Shown one piece after another: positions 57,637-64,000 of a stretch of DNA of 64,000 bases. The DNA is from Magnetospirillum sp. (lineage in GTDB: Bacteria > Pseudomonadota > Alphaproteobacteria > CACIAM-22H2): contig JAPZUA010000001.1 of assembly GCA_027532905.1 (NCBI GenBank), positions 663,950 through 727,949 of the forward strand, in the 5' to 3' direction. The first letter of the stretch is position 1, and every line of letters begins with the position of its first letter. Below the pieces are notes generated by a model. The model saw only the letters and a list, made by a program, of their open reading frames with translations. It ran no database searches and was not told the origin of the DNA. Both the position numbers and the translations under genes were made by a program.

Positions 57637-59426
57637 CTACCGTCGCCCGAACAACTTTTCGATGTCGGCGAGTTTGAGTTCCACGTAGGTCGGGCGGCCG
57701 TGGTTGCATTGGCCGCTGTGCGGCGTGGCTTCCATCTGGCGCAGCAACGCATCCATTTCAGCACCGCTCAGGCGGCGGCCCGCGCGCACCGAACCGTGGC
57801 AGGCCATGGTGCCGCAAACTTCGCCCAGGCGCTCTTTCAGCGACAAGGCGGCTCCGTGTTCGGCAATTTCGTCGGCCAAATCGCGCACCAGACCTTTGAC
57901 GTCGAGTTCGCCCAGCATGGCGGGCGTTTCGCGCACCATCACGGCACCGGGGCCGAAGGCTTCGATCCCGAGGCCCAGTTCGCCGAGTTCGTCGGCTTTG
58001 GAAAGCACGCGGGCGGCGGCGGCATCGTCGAGTTCGACCACTTCAGGGATCAGCAGCGTCTGGCGCGCCACGTTGCCTGCCGCGAGCGCTTCTTTCATGC
58101 GTTCGTAGACGAGGCGCTCGTGCGCGGCGTGCTGGTCCACGATCACAATGCCGTCGGCGGTCTGCGCGATCACGTAGGTTTCGTGAAGCTGGGCGCGCGC
58201 AATGCCGAGCGGCAGATCGCGCGGTTCGGCCGGTGCTTGCATTGTTGTGGGCACCGAAGCGCCGAACGCGGCGGCGGCCGGCGACGGCGGTGCGTGGTAG
58301 GCGACGCTCGCTTCGGCCACACCGCGCGAAATTTGGGAGCCGCCCGCAAACGCGTATTGCGGGCTGGGGGTGCGCACGAGATCGAGGGCTTCGATCGCCA
58401 CATGCGTGGAGGCGCGGAAGCCTGCCCGGTCGAGCGCTTCCTTGAGGCTCGCGACGATAAGGCCGCGAATGCGCTGCGGATCGCGGAAGCGCACTTCGGT
58501 TTTGGCCGGATGCACGTTGGCATCGACGAGCTGCGTTGGCAGATCGAGGAACAGCGCCACGGCCGGATGGCGGTCGCGCGCCAGGAAATCGGCGTACGCG
58601 CCGCGCACGGCGCCTGCGAGCAGCTTGTCGCGCACGGGCCGGCCGTTCACGAACAGATATTGGTGCATCGAGGTCGCGCGGTTGTAGGTCGGCAGGCCCG
58701 CATGGCCCGTGAGGCGAATTTCGCCCTCGTCGTCCTGGCGCACGGCGGCGACCGCGACCGCATTGTCGAAAAACTCTTTGCCGATCACGGCGGCGACGCG
58801 TGCCAAGCGTGCCGTGTCGTCGGCGCCGGTTTGGGCGGGGAGTTTCAGCACGCTGCGCCCGTCGGCCACGAGGCTGAAGGCGATGCGCGGATGTGCCATC
58901 GCGAGCCGTGCGACCGCGTCTTCACACGCGTCGCGCTCGGCGCGTTCGCCCTTGAGAAATTTGAGGCGTGCAGGTGTCGCGTAGAAAAGATCGCGCACTT
59001 CGACGCGCGTTCCGGGCGGAGCAGCGGCCGGTACAGGCTCGCACTTGCGCCCGCCTTCGACGCTGAGCGACCAGGCTTCGGCGGCGTCTTTCGTGCGGCT
59101 GACGAGCGTTAAGCGCGCCACCGCGCCGATCGACGGCAAGGCTTCGCCGCGAAAACCCAGCGTATGGATGGCGAGCAGATCGTCGCTGGGCAATTTCGAC
59201 GTCGCATGGCGCTCGACCGCCAGCGACAGCTCGTCGGCAGCCATGCCCTTGCCGTCGTCGGCAACCGCGATCAACGCGCGCCCAGCTTCGCCGAGCACCA
59301 CGTCGATGCGCGTGGCGTCTGCGTCGATCGCATTCTCGACGAGTTCTTTGACGGCCGCCGCCGGGCGCTCGACGACCTCGCCCGCCGCGATGCGGTTGAC
59401 CAGAGTCTCGGGCAGGCGGCGGATCT

Positions 59427-59430
<4 letters not shown>
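57637..59430 (-). CDS. mutL: DNA mismatch repair protein MutL
   Basis: [44 protein letters not shown] aligns with the MutL N-terminal GHKL ATPase. The C-terminal dimerisation domain is present. GTG start at 59430 overlaps the pgi stop (GTGA). Confidence 0.9.
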
Positions 59431-60719
<1,289 letters not shown>

Positions 60720-60771
60720 GGCCGATTCGTCTCCGCCGGGGATTCTAGCGAAAACGCGCGCCCGATGCGCT

Positions 60772-62097
60772 CTATTCGGTGGCGGTCAAACCGGCCGGCT
60801 CGCCGACCGCCACGACCAGCAATTTTGCGGGGTCGAACAGGCGGGCGGCGACGCGTTTGGCGTCGGCGAGCGTGACCGCGCGCACGCGGCGCTGGCGCTC
60901 TTCGAACCAGTCGCGCCCGCGCCCGTCGAGGCGGGCACTGACCATCAGGCGCGCAATGCGCGAAGAACCGTCGAACTGCAGCGGGTACGAGCCGGTCAGA
61001 AAGTCCTTCGCTCCCTGCAGCTCGTCTTCGCTCGGGCCGTCTTTGCCCATTTGGGCCCATTCGGCGCGCACCATGTCGAGGGCGCGCGCCAGCGTGCGGT
61101 TGTCGGACGAGGTCGAGCCTTGCACGAGCGCAGCCGCGTCGAATATCGCCAGCCCCGTGCCGATCCCGTAGGTGAGGCCTGCGCGCTCGCGCACCGACAG
61201 CATGAGGCGCGAGTTGAAACCGCCGCCGCCGAGGATGTAGTTCACGACCGTGGCGGCAAACAGATCCGGATCGTCGCGGCCCACGCCCTGATGGCCGAAC
61301 AGCGCATAGGTCTGGCTGCCGGGACGCGGGATCACGAAAGTTTTGCCCGCGCCGCCGATCGAGATCGGCACGACGGGCACCAAGCGCGCCGCCTGCGGCA
61401 GGCCGCCGAATGCGCGGTCGAGCAATGCGCCGAGTTCTTCGGGCGTGGTGTCACCGACGGCGGCAACCACGAGATTGTCGCGCGCCAGCAAGCGCGCCAA
61501 TTGCGCGCGCATGTCGGCGGTCGCCAGCGTCTTCACGCTTTCGGGCGTGCCGCGTGTGGGCCTAGCATAGACATGCTCGCCGAAAGCGGCGCGCGCAAAG
61601 GCGCGGCGCGCGAGTGTTTCGGGGTTGGTTTCCTCGCGCGACAGGCTGGCAAGCACGTTGGCGCGCAGGCGCTCGACCTGTTCGGAATCGAAGCGCGGTT
61701 GGCTGAGCGCTTCGGCCAACAGCGTGATGCCGAGCGTCTTGTCGCGCGACAGCACGCGCAGACTGCCTTGCACCGTATCGAGACCGGCCGAGAAGCCAAG
61801 CGCGATCGAGCGGTTTTCGAGCTCGGCCGAAAAAGCCTGCTGGTCGCGGGTCCCTGCCCCTTGCGTGAGCATGTCGGCCATCAGCGCCGTGAGGCCCTCT
61901 TGGCCTGCGGGATCCTGGGCCGAGCCGCCGCGCCACGAAAATTCGATCGCCAGCAGCGGCAGCGAATTGTCGCGCACGAGCCAAGCCTCGATGCCGCCCG
62001 GGCTGCGCACCGCCTCGATGCGCTGGCCTTGCGCATGGGCGGGCGAAACGCCGGCGGCCAACAGCAGCAGTGCTATCGCGGCAACAAAACGACGCAT
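60772..62097 (-). CDS. M16-family (pitrilysin) peptidase, non-catalytic-like partner subunit
   Basis: Signal peptide plus M16 N- and C-domains but no HxxEH. The ATG abuts the upstream M16 stop (TGATG). Confidence 0.8.
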   Translation of the reverse strand: MRRFVAAIALLLLAAGVSPAHAQGQRIEAVRSPGGIEAWLVRDNSLPLLAIEFSWRGGSAQDPAGQEGLTALMADMLTQGAGTRDQQAFSAELENRSIALGFSAGLDTVQGSLRVLSRDKTLGITLLAEALSQPRFDSEQVERLRANVLASLSREETNPETLARRAFARAAFGEHVYARPTRGTPESVKTLATADMRAQLARLLARDNLVVAAVGDTTPEELGALLDRAFGGLPQAARLVPVVPISIGGAGKTFVIPRPGSQTYALFGHQGVGRDDPDLFAATVVNYILGGGGFNSRLMLSVRERAGLTYGIGTGLAIFDAAALVQGSTSSDNRTLARALDMVRAEWAQMGKDGPSEDELQGAKDFLTGSYPLQFDGSSRIARLMVSARLDGRGRDWFEERQRRVRAVTLADAKRVAARLFDPAKLLVVAVGEPAGLTATE

Positions 62098-63443
62098 CAC
62101 GAGCCCGGCTTGGGCAGCAGCACGGACGTCACGTGCGCATCGCTGCCCAGGATCGCGCGCAAGGCCGCATTGACCTCGGCAGTCGTGACGGCCGCAAGGC
62201 GCGTTGGCCAAGATTGGACCCAAGCGACGTCGCGGCCCGTGGCGAACGCCGCTCCGAAGGCGCGTGCACCCGCTTGCGCGGAATCGCGCACGAGGATCGC
62301 GGAATCGGCCAAACGCGTTTTGGCTTGCGCCACTTCCGCGTCGCCGAAGCCGCCCGCAAGCGTTTCGCGCAGCACGGCTTCGATCGCGGACTCGAGTGCG
62401 GCAAGTTCCACACCGGGGCGCGGGCTTGCCGACACGGTGAAGCTCGTCGGATCGAGCGAGGTGGGGTCGTAGAAAGCGGAAATGCCGGTCGCAAGCGACT
62501 TGTCGTGCACAAGTGCCCGCACGAGGCGGCTCGAGGCGGCCCCGCCGAGCAGTTCGGCGGCAAGATCGAGCGCATCGGTCTGGTCGCGGCCCACACCGCC
62601 GAACGACGCCGCATGCGAGGGGGCAAGCCAGCTGCGCGACCACGAGGGCTGACGCACGCGCACATCGCGCAGCTCGACGCGCCTTGCAGCAAGCGGCGGC
62701 GGCTCTTGCGCACGCACGCGCTGCGGCAGTTCCTTGCGCGGAATGGAACCGTAATAGCGCTCGGCCAGCACGCGCACGGCGTCGGCCGAAACGTCGCCCG
62801 CGATCACGAGCATCGCGTTGTTGGGCGCGTACCAACGCGCGTACCAGTCGAGCGCGTCCTGGCGCGTAAGGCCTTGCATCTCGTGTTCCCAGCCGATGAT
62901 CGGCCGGCCGTAAGGATGGTTCACGAACAGGGCCGCGGACGTCTGCTCGCGCAGCTTGGCGGCCGGGCGCTGGTCCACGACCTGGCGGCGCTCTTCGACG
63001 ATCACGTCGCGCTCGGGTGCGACTTCGGCTTCCGACAGCACGAGATTGGCCATGCGGTCGGCTTCGAGCTGCATCACGCTTTCGAGCCGGTCGCTGGCGA
63101 CGTTCTGGAAATAGGCGGTGTAGTCCCAGCCTGTGAACGCGTTGTCGCGCCCGCCGAGCCGCGCCACGCGCCGGCTGAATTCGCCGGGCGGCACGTCTTT
63201 GGTGCCCTTGAACATCAGATGTTCGAGGAAATGCGCAATGCCGGATTTGCCCTGCACCTCGTCAGCGGCACCGGCCTTGTACCAGACCATCTGCACGACG
63301 ACGGGGGCGCGGTGGTTTTCGACGACCACGACCTGCAGGCCATTGGCAAGCTCGAAGGTTTTCGGCGAAAAAACCTGGGCGTGCGCAGGCATGGCTGCGG
63401 CCACGGCCAAAAACGCCGCCACAACCGCGGCAAGGCGCCGCAT
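62097..63443 (-). CDS. M16-family Zn peptidase, catalytic subunit
   Basis: Signal peptide and the inverted Zn motif HFLEH, with the downstream E. 448 aa. Confidence 0.85.
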   Translation of the reverse strand: MRRLAAVVAAFLAVAAAMPAHAQVFSPKTFELANGLQVVVVENHRAPVVVQMVWYKAGAADEVQGKSGIAHFLEHLMFKGTKDVPPGEFSRRVARLGGRDNAFTGWDYTAYFQNVASDRLESVMQLEADRMANLVLSEAEVAPERDVIVEERRQVVDQRPAAKLREQTSAALFVNHPYGRPIIGWEHEMQGLTRQDALDWYARWYAPNNAMLVIAGDVSADAVRVLAERYYGSIPRKELPQRVRAQEPPPLAARRVELRDVRVRQPSWSRSWLAPSHAASFGGVGRDQTDALDLAAELLGGAASSRLVRALVHDKSLATGISAFYDPTSLDPTSFTVSASPRPGVELAALESAIEAVLRETLAGGFGDAEVAQAKTRLADSAILVRDSAQAGARAFGAAFATGRDVAWVQSWPTRLAAVTTAEVNAALRAILGSDAHVTSVLLPKPGS

Positions 63444-63448
63444 GGCGA

Positions 63449-63994
63449 TTAGAAGATCCCTTCGAGCCAGCCGCGCTTGCGGGCACGGATGGTCGCGACG
63501 TCGCCGTCGTTGGCGCTGCGGCCCGTGGCTTGCGCCTCGCGCAGGCGCTGAGCCTCGCGCGCCGGATCGACGGTGGCACTGGAGGCCGAAGGCGTCGTCT
63601 GCCAGAAGACGAGACGATCGACGAAGGTCTGGTCGGCCTCGGCAAGGCTCTGGGCTTCGCGCTCGATCGTCTCGCGGATGGAAGCCTCGGCGCGGTCGCC
63701 GCCGGTGCGGTTCAGCAACGCTTGCTCGCTGGCGCTGAGCGCCGAATTGGCGGTGGACGCCGACGTCGCGGTGCCGCGCTCGGGCCCGAAGATGGCGGCG
63801 CGGGCCGCGTCCTGCGGCGACTGTTCCTGCGGGCGTGCCGCACCCGGCGCCGGCGGACGCAGGCCGAAATCGGGCGGCAGCGTCAACGGGGCACGCGTGA
63901 CGACGCGGAACTCGTCGGGCGTGGCTTTGTCCCAACCGATGGCTTTGCGCGTGTCGGCGCAAGCGCCCAAGCCCAGGGCGGCGACCAGCAGCAC
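63449..63994 (-). CDS. DUF3035-like lipoprotein
   Basis: Lipobox LGLGAC, then a low-complexity Ala/Ser/Thr/Glu-rich sequence. Start is at or near the window edge, so it may be slightly longer. Confidence 0.5.
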   Translation of the reverse strand: MLLVAALGLGACADTRKAIGWDKATPDEFRVVTRAPLTLPPDFGLRPPAPGAARPQEQSPQDAARAAIFGPERGTATSASTANSALSASEQALLNRTGGDRAEASIRETIEREAQSLAEADQTFVDRLVFWQTTPSASSATVDPAREAQRLREAQATGRSANDGDVATIRARKRGWLEGIF

Positions 63995-64000
63995 GCTCGT

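Overview
High-GC (about 68-70% by eye) chromosomal segment that looks alphaproteobacterial. I call about 68 protein-coding genes, densely packed, many with 1-8 nt start/stop overlaps (ATGA, GTGA, TGATG). Core housekeeping genes include: HrpB helicase; the prs-rplY-pth-ychF block; proC; a phasin; lgt; hldD; pgeF; the cytochrome bc1 operon petABC; trmL-hemF; cca; mutL; pgi; and a MoxR/DUF58/BatA-like 4-gene cluster. I found no rRNA, tRNA, CRISPR, IS element or obvious prophage by eye.

Many of the largest ORFs in the six-frame track are antisense shadow ORFs of real GC3-rich genes and I reject them. The main one is the 2110-aa ORF at 27888-34220 on the minus strand.

The most interesting content is four accessory-looking operons:
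1. A tightly coupled five-gene operon at 4611-8591: RibD_C-like reductase, MDR dehydrogenase, PTPS-fold protein, GT1 glycosyltransferase, SAM methyltransferase. I read it as a candidate pterin or other small-molecule glycoside pathway.
2. A convergent operon at 8518-12523: GT2, then an alkaline-phosphatase/sulfatase-superfamily membrane protein, then an unusual CDP-alcohol phosphatidyltransferase::FkbM methyltransferase fusion.
3. A psuG plus orphan Mo-hydroxylase large subunit next to FdrA/DUF1116/DUF2877 (AllFGH-like carbamoyltransferase) genes, at 12996-19979.
4. A mtnP to fused class-II aldolase::SDR to VOC operon at 36908-41501, which suggests an MTA 'DHAP-shunt'-type salvage route.

Many start codons are uncertain by tens of nucleotides. 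Functions are assigned from motifs I recognise by eye, not from database searches.
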